Source: Deltaproteobacteria bacterium | Lineage (GTDB): Bacteria; Desulfobacterota; Deferrimicrobia; Deferrimicrobiales; Deferrimicrobiaceae | NCBI GenBank assembly: GCA_016218975.1 | Contig: JACRCO010000053.1 | Span: forward strand, 15,523 to 79,522 | Length of the DNA: 64,000 nt | Direction: 5' to 3' | Shown here: in pieces, positions 37,417 through 45,370 of the stretch | Layout: each line of letters begins with the position of its first letter | Numbering within the stretch: the stretch's first letter is position 1 | Notes under the pieces: generated by a model | The model's input: only the letters and a program-made list of their open reading frames with translations | What the model was told of the DNA's origin: nothing | Database searches by the model: none | Program-made: the position numbers and the translations under genes

Positions 37417-38328
37417 TCAGATACCGGCGATCGAAAACACCGAGATCCGATTCCCCCCTTCTTCAAGGACGTACAGGTTCTCGTGCGGATCGACGGCAAG
37501 GTCCGCCGGGGAGAACAGGCCCTCTCCGCTCATCGAGAAGATCACGTTCCCGAGCGGATCGAGCGCCTTTATCCCGCGACCCCCCTCCTCAACGACCCAT
37601 ATCCGGCTTCGCGCGTCTACCGCGAGGGCCTTGATCCTGAGCGGCTCCCTCGAGCGCAGGGTTGATGTTCCGATCGTCCGAAGCTGTTTCCCGCGGTCGT
37701 CGTACACCCGGATCCCCCCGAACCCCGGGTCCGCCACGTATATCTTTCCCGTACGGTCGACCCATATGTCCGCGGGCTCGCCGACGTCTGCGATGGAGAA
37801 ACGCAGCTTCTCGTCAGCCCCGAAGGCAAGGACCTGCCGGTTCCCCCGGTCGGCGACGTAAAGATCGCCGTTCCAGTCCGCGAAAAGCGCGGCCGGCTGC
37901 ACCGGCGACGTTCTTCTGTATTGCTTGAGATCTATCTCGCGGTACGCCTCGGCGGCAACGGCGTCGTACCCGTCGAGCGCCTTCACGATTTCGCTTTCCC
38001 TCCCGGCGATGAAAAGCTTCCCTCCGCGCGTTGCGGCCACAGCCCTCGGATATCCCAGCTCGCCGCCTTTCCCCAGGACCTTGACGATCTGTCCTTTGCG
38101 GTCCAGAACGGAAACCTGGTGCAGCAGCGGATTGGCGACCGAAAGGTATCCCCTTTGCTCGTCGTACCAGAGGCCTGTCGGGGAAAGTAAGGCGAGGTCC
38201 GGACCGGAAGGAACGATCGTGACGGACCTTTCCAGGCACAGCGTCCGGGCGGGTGCCGGCGCAAGGATCATGAGTGCGGCCGTCAGCACGACCGCGAAAA
38301 GATCCTTTCGTGAAAATACATGGCGCAT
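37417..38328 (-). CDS. NHL-repeat protein, secreted
   Basis: Signal peptide MRHVFSRKDLFAVVLTAALMILAPAPA. Repeats GDLYVADRGNRQVLAF, GKIYVADPGFGGIRVY, ENLYVLEEGGNRISVF. Confidence 0.8.
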   Translation of the reverse strand: MRHVFSRKDLFAVVLTAALMILAPAPARTLCLERSVTIVPSGPDLALLSPTGLWYDEQRGYLSVANPLLHQVSVLDRKGQIVKVLGKGGELGYPRAVAATRGGKLFIAGRESEIVKALDGYDAVAAEAYREIDLKQYRRTSPVQPAALFADWNGDLYVADRGNRQVLAFGADEKLRFSIADVGEPADIWVDRTGKIYVADPGFGGIRVYDDRGKQLRTIGTSTLRSREPLRIKALAVDARSRIWVVEEGGRGIKALDPLGNVIFSMSGEGLFSPADLAVDPHENLYVLEEGGNRISVFSIAGI

Positions 38329-38346
38329 CCCTGCCGGTTCCCTTCC

Positions 38347-40515
38347 CTATTCCTTTGCCGCGGGGTCGACCCGGCCGGGCTGCGCCGGTTTCAGGAAGAA
38401 TGGTCTTTTATCCGAGCCGTCGCTGTTCATGACGAACAGGCGCTCGTCGTTCTCATCCAGCGAGACGTAAACGATGGTCCCTTCCTCCGGAAGAAGCGCG
38501 GGGAATATCGCTCCCGTCTCCGTCAGCGGCGCCGGCTGGCCCCCCTCCGCCTTCACGGCGAATACGTTGGGAATTCCGTTATGCAAGGCCGTGAATATGA
38601 CGTGCTCGTCAGTCGCATCGAAAAACGGCCGGTGGGTATATTCCGGCTGGAACACCTGGAACTGGCTGTCCACCTCGCTGGAATGAAGTTTTTTCGTTTC
38701 CGTTCCGTCGGCGTTCGATGCGATGAGCTCGCGAACGACCTTCTTCCCGTCGTAAACTGTAAAGGTGTATCCGATCTTTTTCCCGGCCGCGGACCAGAAC
38801 GGATGGGAAGCCGTGGACGGAGGCCTGTCCTCGCCCTTGTTGCTCTCCGCGAACGATGTCACGCGAACCCTGCCGGTCCCGTCTCCCTTCATCGTCCAGA
38901 CATCGACCCCGTCCGTGAATGCGATCTTCTTCCCGTCGTTGGACCACTTCGGCTGAAGGTAAAGCTCGGCCGCGACCTCAGGGGCCGAAGGATAGCGCAG
39001 ATCGCTCAACCGGAACGCATTGTCCGACGCCGTCAGCATGTACAGGCCCGGCGTCTCGCCGTATCTCGGTATGGCGCTTACAAGGACCTTGTCGTCCTGG
39101 ATGGAAGCATCGGCGTCGAGATAGGACCTGAGATCGCCATTGTTGGGAAAATCGATCGGGCCCTTCTCCGAGAAGGCGTGCAGCCCCCTTGCCGAAAACA
39201 CAAGGAGCCCCTCGCTGCGCGGAAGCCAGAATATTCGGGTGTCGCCTTCAAGCGCGAAACCGGGATAAGAAGCCGATTCCTCTCCCGCGATACCCGCGAC
39301 CTTCAAGAATTCGACCCCTCCCTCGTTGGTGAAGAAGGCCACCTTCGTCGCGTCCGGAGAAGGCACTGGCATCCATGCGGAAGGCCTGCTCTTCGCGAGC
39401 GGTTTTACGCTTCCCGTAATCCCGTCAAGTAGGTAGAGCTCGGCGGAGCCGCTCCTCTCCGAAACCCCGGCGAGGACGATGTCTTTTCCGCCGGGGGAAA
39501 GCGAAAAATCGGACAGGTGCAGTTCGGGGGGCGAAATCCTCCTCTCGATGCCGGATGCCATATCAAGCCGCCAGAGCGCGTTGACGCCCACCTGCCTGTT
39601 GCCCGACTTCCTGGTCTCATGCGGCGCCCGCGGTTTTTCCCTGTCATCGTCCACCTTCGCGCCTGCGGTGTTGTCGGCTGCGACGGCGTTATCCGCAGGC
39701 ACGATCTCTATATCCTGCCCGATGTAAAAAATCCCCTTGCCGTCGACATCCCATGCGATACGTCGCCCCGCGAGCCTCGGGGCCTTGAGGACCGTGACCT
39801 CCTTGCCGGACAGATCCATGGTGCGGATCTCGAACTCGCCGGGGCTGGTGGGGAACGGATAGGCTATGAGCCCCGCCTTGTTCGAATAGGCCGGTGTCCC
39901 GATGTACTTGTTCAGAAGCGGCTTGCTCTCCATATCGGACAGGTCGATCTCCCAGATTCCGACTCCGTACGTCTTGCCGGCCTCGTAATAGACCTTTCGG
40001 CTGTCCGGGCTAAAAAAAACCGATCGGACGCTTATCTTTTCGGTCACCGCCTCGACCCTCGATCCGTCCGAGGTGCCGATCCACAGGTCCCGTACGTTTT
40101 GCTGTTCCCCGGGGGCCGTGAAAGCGAAAAGCTTCCCGTCCGGCGACTCGATCGGGATCCCTGCGTTGGGAGGGATACCGGGAATCCGTTCTTCCGGCCT
40201 GCCTCCGTCGATGCCGATCCGTAAAACCTCCTCGTACCCCTTGCGCCTGGCGGAGAACAGGATGGTTTTTCCGTCCGGCGCCCAGCGGAAATGAGAAACC
40301 CCGCGAGTCGTAAGCCGCCGTTTTCCGGAACCGTCGGCGTTCATCACCCAAAGGTCCGCAGGCGTATGCAATGTGGAGGAAAGAAAGGCTATCTTGCTTC
40401 CGTCGGGAGAGTGGACAGGGCTTCTGCCTCCGTTGGGTTCGGCGCTGTTGGCCGGGTTGAACGCAGACATGACAATTATAAAGATAACGGTTAACGACAG
40501 CAGATACTTTTTCAT
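38347..40515 (-). CDS. TolB-like periplasmic protein with multiple PD40/WD40-like beta-propeller repeats
   Basis: Signal peptide MKKYLLSLTVIFIIVMSAFNPANSA. Many SPDG.KIAF-type PD40 repeats (SPDGSKIAFLS, APDGKTILFSA, SPDGKLFAFTA, SPDSRKVYY, SPDATKVAFF, SNDGKKIAFTD). Confidence 0.8.
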   Translation of the reverse strand: MKKYLLSLTVIFIIVMSAFNPANSAEPNGGRSPVHSPDGSKIAFLSSTLHTPADLWVMNADGSGKRRLTTRGVSHFRWAPDGKTILFSARRKGYEEVLRIGIDGGRPEERIPGIPPNAGIPIESPDGKLFAFTAPGEQQNVRDLWIGTSDGSRVEAVTEKISVRSVFFSPDSRKVYYEAGKTYGVGIWEIDLSDMESKPLLNKYIGTPAYSNKAGLIAYPFPTSPGEFEIRTMDLSGKEVTVLKAPRLAGRRIAWDVDGKGIFYIGQDIEIVPADNAVAADNTAGAKVDDDREKPRAPHETRKSGNRQVGVNALWRLDMASGIERRISPPELHLSDFSLSPGGKDIVLAGVSERSGSAELYLLDGITGSVKPLAKSRPSAWMPVPSPDATKVAFFTNEGGVEFLKVAGIAGEESASYPGFALEGDTRIFWLPRSEGLLVFSARGLHAFSEKGPIDFPNNGDLRSYLDADASIQDDKVLVSAIPRYGETPGLYMLTASDNAFRLSDLRYPSAPEVAAELYLQPKWSNDGKKIAFTDGVDVWTMKGDGTGRVRVTSFAESNKGEDRPPSTASHPFWSAAGKKIGYTFTVYDGKKVVRELIASNADGTETKKLHSSEVDSQFQVFQPEYTHRPFFDATDEHVIFTALHNGIPNVFAVKAEGGQPAPLTETGAIFPALLPEEGTIVYVSLDENDERLFVMNSDGSDKRPFFLKPAQPGRVDPAAKE

Positions 40516-40583
40516 ACTACTTCACCACCCTTACGGCCCATTTCTATCGCATGTGATGGGAAACGGAAATCCACCGGGAGAGA

Positions 40584-40625
40584 ATGGAATTCTTCCATGT
40601 TTCCGACATGATGGAAATGGAAATA
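40584..40625. promoter_or_regulatory. Cluster of ATGGAA/TTCCAT inverted half-sites and GGAAAT direct repeats upstream of the TolB-like gene
   Basis: ATGGAAttcTTCCATgTTTCCgacatgATGGAAATGGAAAT. The same half-sites occur at 54347..54393. Confidence 0.3.
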
Positions 40626-40711
40626 TAACAATTTGAACCGTAGTTTGCAAGGCATAATTAAGAACCGTTATCAAACGATTCCCTGTCCTTTTTTCCCCAA
40701 AGTAACTATTA

Positions 40712-42052
40712 TCAAAATCCCTTGACGTAAGCTTTTGTCCCGCCCTTCTGATGGCACTTTCCGCACCCGAATGCAGGGTTGTCCCCGATCGAGACCGCGC
40801 CCGTGAAATCCTGCTGCCCGGCGGGGAGAAACGAGTGGGAGTTCGTGTCCCACCGGGTCATGTTTTCGTAGTTCGAAGCGTGCGCCTTGTGGCATGTGAG
40901 GCACATGATACGGTCCGTAGCCGCAAGCGTTGCCGGATCGGAGGCGGAGGCGACGTTCGCCCTGACGGAGAAGTCGGCATCCCCCTTAACCAAAGGGTAT
41001 TTCCAGTCATAACCAACGGGGTTCGGGTTGTTCCCCTGTGAATTCGTAACGGCCGCATTGTAGGTATCGATGCCGTACTTGCTTCCGGTCGATCTATCCA
41101 TAGTCACGTTGGTCGGGTGCCGTATCCATGCATCGCCCGACCGGGTCTTGTCGTTGTCGGCGTTCCTGTTCTCGCCGTTTCCTCCGTGGAAGTCGCCATG
41201 ACAGACGGCGCAGAACGAGGAGAAGCCGCCCCGGTAGACGTTCTTGTTCGTGTCCGACTCGGCCGTGTTCGGGTACAGTTTCGCGCCTTCGAGCGGGTTA
41301 CCGTCCTTGCGAGTATTCAAATACGTGGTCTCGTTCGGGCCTCCCCGTATGTCGCCGCGCGAGTTGGAAAGGATCGGCTCGTATCCCGGCGCGGTCGTCC
41401 CTTCGTTACCCCCATAGCTCTCGACGCCTTTCGCCGCCGTCTCGCTCCCCGTGTGAACGATCCCGTTCACCTTGCGGCGCAACTGTCTCCATGCCGCCAC
41501 GTTTTCACCGAACCGGTTGTGGGGATCGTGGCACGAGGCGCAGTCCCAGTCGTTCGTCGAAAATCCTCCTCCGGGAGACGCCGTCAACACCGGGTCCGAA
41601 GGCATGACCATCGACTGAACCCCCCTGCTCTTCCCCGGGTTGTGTCCCTTCTTCGGATCGTTGAAGCTCAAATGGAAATCCCCGCCCGGCAACGCGTAAT
41701 TCGACGGGATGTTCCCGGCGCTGCTCATCACCGCCGGGGCCTTGAATGCGGTGCTCGCGGGATAGAGATGGCATTGCAGGCATATGTCGGTGACCGTTGG
41801 CTGCTTGAGAAGTCTCGCGTACGGCCCGGGATTCCCCGTGGTCCCGGCGATGATCGGAGCGCCGTCCTCGCTGTTGTGTATCGTATGGCAGTCGTAGCAA
41901 ACCAGCCCGTCGTACGAGTGGTAAAGCCGCGTGTTCACGCTCCCGGTTATATAGTCGATAAAAGCGTATGCCGGAGGCGCGGCGCCGAAGCAAAGCGCGG
42001 CCATCGAACAAGCGAGGACGAAGCCGGCGGCGGCTCTGGTTCTTTTATTCAT
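40712..42052 (-). CDS. Hexaheme c-type cytochrome, divergent OmcS-related family B
   Basis: ORF trimmed to ATG 42052 (MNKRTRAAAGFVLACSMAALCFGAAPPAYA). YHSYDGLVCYDCHTIHNS, LPGGDF...KGHNPGK, CASCHDPHNRFG, CAVCHGDFHG, CLTCHKAHASNYENMTRWDTN (compare OmcS CLSCHRAHASGFDSMTRFN), C-terminal GCGKCHQKGG. Six CxxCH motifs. Confidence 0.8.
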   Translation of the reverse strand: MNKRTRAAAGFVLACSMAALCFGAAPPAYAFIDYITGSVNTRLYHSYDGLVCYDCHTIHNSEDGAPIIAGTTGNPGPYARLLKQPTVTDICLQCHLYPASTAFKAPAVMSSAGNIPSNYALPGGDFHLSFNDPKKGHNPGKSRGVQSMVMPSDPVLTASPGGGFSTNDWDCASCHDPHNRFGENVAAWRQLRRKVNGIVHTGSETAAKGVESYGGNEGTTAPGYEPILSNSRGDIRGGPNETTYLNTRKDGNPLEGAKLYPNTAESDTNKNVYRGGFSSFCAVCHGDFHGGNGENRNADNDKTRSGDAWIRHPTNVTMDRSTGSKYGIDTYNAAVTNSQGNNPNPVGYDWKYPLVKGDADFSVRANVASASDPATLAATDRIMCLTCHKAHASNYENMTRWDTNSHSFLPAGQQDFTGAVSIGDNPAFGCGKCHQKGGTKAYVKGF

Positions 42053-42138
42053 GATCACCCCCCGGAGGTGGTGAAGCCCTGCGGGCGTGGAGTCACGCCC
42101 GCAGGGCGGCATGAAACATTCTCAAATGGACAGGCGAT

Positions 42139-43536
42139 TTAGAACCCCTTCACGTACGCCTTCGTCCCGCCCTTCTGGTGGCACTTTCCGCAACCGAAGG
42201 TCGGGTTGTCGCCGACTGATGCTCCGGCAACCCAGGCGGTTCCGTTCCAGGTCTGGCCTTCCACATCCGCTCCCCCGTTCGGAAGGAACGCGTGGCCGTT
42301 GGTATCCCATCGTGTCATGTTCTCGAAACTGGATGCGTGCGCCTTGTGGCAGGTGAGGCACGAAAGCCGATCGTTGCCAGACAGCGTGGCGGGATCGGCG
42401 GCCGAAGCCGAAGTGCTCAGCACGGCGAAGTCCGCGTCCGCCTTGATGAGCGGATACCGGAAGTCGTAGCCGACCGGGTTAGGGTTGTTTGCCTGGGCGT
42501 TGGTGACGGTGGCCTTATAAGTGGTGATGCCGTATTTCCTGCTTGTCGGCGTCATATCCATTTTCAGGTTGGTCGGATGCTTCATCCAGACACCGGCGGT
42601 TTGGGTCTTGTCTGTCCCGCCTTCGGTCTGCTCGGTGCCGTGGAAATCCCCGTGGCATGCGGAGCAGAAGGAGGAGAAGCCGCCCTGGTAGACGTTCTTG
42701 TTCGTGTCGCTGTAATCGACAAAGAGGTCCGCGCCCTGGAGATCCTTGCCGTCCTGGCGCTTGTTGACGTAGGTCGTTCCCTGGATGTCGCCGCGGGAGT
42801 TCGACTTGATAGGCTCGTAAGCGGTGTTCTGGGTCTCGCCGCCCGCCGATGTCTCCACGCCGAACGATGTTACGTTGCCGGTAACCACGACGCCGTTCAC
42901 CTTCCGCTTGATCTGCCGCCATGCCGTGTAGCTGCCGCTGAACCGGGAGTGCATCCCGTGGCAGGAGTGGCAGGACCACTCGCCGTCCGTGATGGTGCCG
43001 CCCGGAGGCGCGTTCCCGAGAACCGTGTCAGCCGCCATCAGTTTGGAGGTGGGGCTTGCGGATCCCTTGGTATACGCCGGGTTGTGCCCTTTCTTCGGGT
43101 CCAAATTGGACTGATAGAAGTCGCCCGCAGGCATGGAGATGCCGGCCGGAATGGCGCCGGTGAGCGTCATGACGATCGGGGCGGTCCAGCCTGTGTTCTC
43201 CACGCCCACGAGATCGGCGGATGCGGAAGTGTTGTACCCCTGCTTGTGGCAGGAAAGGCACATATCGGTCCAGTCGCCCTTTTTCAGCAATTCGCGGTAA
43301 GACCCGCCCGCGCCGGGATTCCAGTCCGTGGCGCCGCCGTCCTGTAGCTTGTTACCGGATATGCGGGCGCCGCCATCGCTGTTGTGCAAGGTGTGGCAGT
43401 CCGTGCAGACGAGGCCGTCATAGGAGTGATACTGTGCCGTATTGGGACCGGCGCCCGTCGTCTGGCTGGGCACCGCCGCAATCGCCGGCGCGGCCGTCAG
43501 GGCCGCAATCGCGATCGATAGCAAGAATTTTTTCAT
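42139..43536 (-). CDS. Hexaheme c-type cytochrome, family B paralog
   Basis: ATG 43536 with GGAGGA RBS. MKKFLLSIAIAALTAAPAIAA signal peptide. Same motif set as the 40712..42052 gene. The 867-aa track ORF is a read-through extension. Confidence 0.85.
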   Translation of the reverse strand: MKKFLLSIAIAALTAAPAIAAVPSQTTGAGPNTAQYHSYDGLVCTDCHTLHNSDGGARISGNKLQDGGATDWNPGAGGSYRELLKKGDWTDMCLSCHKQGYNTSASADLVGVENTGWTAPIVMTLTGAIPAGISMPAGDFYQSNLDPKKGHNPAYTKGSASPTSKLMAADTVLGNAPPGGTITDGEWSCHSCHGMHSRFSGSYTAWRQIKRKVNGVVVTGNVTSFGVETSAGGETQNTAYEPIKSNSRGDIQGTTYVNKRQDGKDLQGADLFVDYSDTNKNVYQGGFSSFCSACHGDFHGTEQTEGGTDKTQTAGVWMKHPTNLKMDMTPTSRKYGITTYKATVTNAQANNPNPVGYDFRYPLIKADADFAVLSTSASAADPATLSGNDRLSCLTCHKAHASSFENMTRWDTNGHAFLPNGGADVEGQTWNGTAWVAGASVGDNPTFGCGKCHQKGGTKAYVKGF

Positions 43537-43556
43537 TGCATCCTCCGAAGTTTTCT

Positions 43557-43640
43557 CTGGCGGCCCGGCCGTCCTTCCATCGAAGGATCCGTGGGCTTTG
43601 CGTCCCCCGATTACTCGAGGTTTGCCTTTTTCAGAGGATT
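43557..43640 (-). promoter_or_regulatory. GEMM-I (c-di-GMP/cGAMP class) riboswitch candidate in the leader of the family-B hexaheme gene
   Basis: Minus-sense GGCAAACC-UCGA[GUAA]UCGGGG-GACGCAAAGCC aligns base-for-base with the Vc2-type GEMM-I P1 and core. P2 hairpin UCCUUC-GAUG-GAAGGA covaries with the 19418..19500 copy. The P1 overlaps the stop codon of the upstream NHL gene. Confidence 0.7.
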
Positions 43641-44675
43641 GTTGGGTGTTGACTGCGAAGCGATCCGTCGTTCCTGCGAATTTTCCGTGCACGCCGTTTT
43701 CGTTTCCTGCACCACCTCCTTCTCCTTGAGAAATCGAACCTTGAACACCTGCACACGCTTGAGCGTGTTCTCCAGTACGTAGATACGGTCCCTTCCGTCC
43801 GAGGCGATCCGGGAGGGCATGTAGAACTGGCCGTACCCCTCCCCGATCTTTCCGAACTCCTCGATGAACTCCCCCTCCCGGTCGAAGCAGGAGACCTTGT
43901 TGGTGACCGTGCTGACTACGAAGATATGGCCCGCATCGTCGGCGGCGATGCCGATGGGACGGTCGAGCTGGCCGTAGAGAACGCCGGGCGATCCGAAACG
44001 CTTGAATGTTTTTCCCCTGGGGTCGTAGATCACGACGGAATAGGGGCGCATGTCCGTAAAGAGAAACCGGCCGTTCCGATCGACGGCCATCCCGTAAATG
44101 GTGTTCGGCGCCCCCTCGCCGGAGATGGGGATCTCCTCGTGCGCCACGCCGTCGGGGTCCACCTTGACCACCCCCCCCCGCGTCTTGAGCACGTAGATTC
44201 CGCCGCTCCCCCCGTTGGCGATGGCCATTGGGCGGACGGCGCTTCCGGGCGCGTCTACGATCCCGGGGAGAAGAAGCGCGTCCAGGGGGTTCCCGCGGAA
44301 ATCGAGGATGCTGATCTTCGGGCTGTTCACGTGGCCGAGAAACATCCTTCCCTCGGCGTCCACCGCGACCATCCTCGCCGACCCTTCCTTCTCGCCGGGG
44401 TCGATCGCCTGCACGAACATGCCGTTCCGGTCGTATATAAGGATCTTCCGGATGGCGGCGTCCGCGATGTAGAGTTCGCCGGTTTTCCTGTCGACGAAGA
44501 TGTCCATCGGCTCCCGGAGCCTGTCGGAGCGCCCGCCTGCGTACTCGATCGCATAGAGGAACTCGACGCTCAGGAGGCCGCGATCCGTTCCCGCGGCCGG
44601 GGAGGGCGTTGCAGGCCATGGAATCATGAGGATCGCAAGGATGAGCAGAGCGGGAATTTTCAATCTCGACGGCAT
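43611..44675 (-). CDS. NHL-repeat protein, secreted
   Basis: Probable start ATG 44675 (MPSRLKIPALLILAILMIPWPATPSPAAG). NHL-like repeats (GELYIADAAIRKILIYD, GRFLFTDMRPYSVVIYD, GHIFVVSTVTNKVSCFD, DRIYVLENTLKRVQVF). Confidence 0.8.
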   Translation of the reverse strand: MPSRLKIPALLILAILMIPWPATPSPAAGTDRGLLSVEFLYAIEYAGGRSDRLREPMDIFVDRKTGELYIADAAIRKILIYDRNGMFVQAIDPGEKEGSARMVAVDAEGRMFLGHVNSPKISILDFRGNPLDALLLPGIVDAPGSAVRPMAIANGGSGGIYVLKTRGGVVKVDPDGVAHEEIPISGEGAPNTIYGMAVDRNGRFLFTDMRPYSVVIYDPRGKTFKRFGSPGVLYGQLDRPIGIAADDAGHIFVVSTVTNKVSCFDREGEFIEEFGKIGEGYGQFYMPSRIASDGRDRIYVLENTLKRVQVFKVRFLKEKEVVQETKTACTENSQERRIASQSTPNNPLKKANLE

Positions 44676-44786
44676 GACGCCCAAAGGTTTTGCATCGGGC
44701 ATGCCGCTTGCCCACGCCACCTGCAACCGCCCGATAATTCAAAGGGTTTAAAAAATCAGTCGAGACCGGTTACCCTCCTCGAAATC

Positions 44787-44876
44787 CGAAATGAACAAAC
44801 CTTTTGTTCATTTCGACAACGTATCGAAACGGAAACAATTGCGGCGGAAGGTTACGGATTCGGAAACGTGCGCAAT
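44787..44876. promoter_or_regulatory. 29-bp perfect palindrome plus three GGAAAC direct repeats in a divergent intergenic region
   Basis: CGAAATGAACAAA-cct-TTTGTTCATTTCG (44787..44815), then cgaaacGGAAACAATTGcgg and ttcGGAAACgtgcgcaat. GGAAACAATTG recurs as its reverse complement at 54343..54353. Confidence 0.3.
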
Positions 44877-44973
44877 ATCGCCCTCGTCGGGATATCGACC
44901 CGAATTTTCAGGAGATAATCGGCTTTTGAAAGCAGGAATTCCATCCGGCACGCCGATTGCGTATAAAAACGGC

Positions 44974-45366
44974 ATGACTTCGATGAAGGTATTGATCGTG
45001 GATGACAACCAGTTGCTGTGCTGGGGGCTCGGCAAAACACTTTCGAAGCGTGGCATCATCCATCACGCGGTGGAGAACGGGACCGACGCACTCTCCGAAA
45101 TTCGCAGCGCCTTCTACGATCTTGTTTTTCTCGACATAAAACTTCCGGATGCGAACGGGCTGGACCTGTTGCCGGTAATCCGCGGGATCTCTCCCGGAAC
45201 GAAAGTCGTCGTCATCAGTTCCAACGGGTCGGAAAGCAATGTACGCCGGGCGATGGCTGCGGGCGCCGTCCGGTTCATGGAAAAACCGTACACCTGCGAG
45301 GAGCTTGCGGAAGCGCTCGAAGCGGTCTTCCCCCGGAAATCCGAAGGGAAGCCTGCAAGCAAGTAG
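44974..45366 (+). CDS. Single-domain CheY-like response regulator
   Basis: MTSMKVLIVDDNQLL...LVFLDIKLPDANG...VVVISS...K receiver signature. The 44791 N-extension falls inside the palindrome and is probably not coding. Confidence 0.7.
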   Translation: MTSMKVLIVDDNQLLCWGLGKTLSKRGIIHHAVENGTDALSEIRSAFYDLVFLDIKLPDANGLDLLPVIRGISPGTKVVVISSNGSESNVRRAMAAGAVRFMEKPYTCEELAEALEAVFPRKSEGKPASK

Positions 45367-45370
45367 CCCC

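Noticed and set aside
42139-44742. 867-aa minus-strand ORF
   Set aside because: It is a read-through extension. The real gene starts at ATG 43536 (GGAGGA RBS, signal peptide MKKFLLSIAIAAL). Upstream sequence in that frame is Arg-rich and overlaps the genuine NHL gene 43611..44675 in another frame.
44791-44973. N-terminal extension (MNKPFVHFDNVSK...) of the CheY-like gene
   Set aside because: The first codons fall exactly on a 29-bp perfect palindrome in a divergent intergenic region. The receiver domain begins at MTSMKVLIVDD (ATG 44974).
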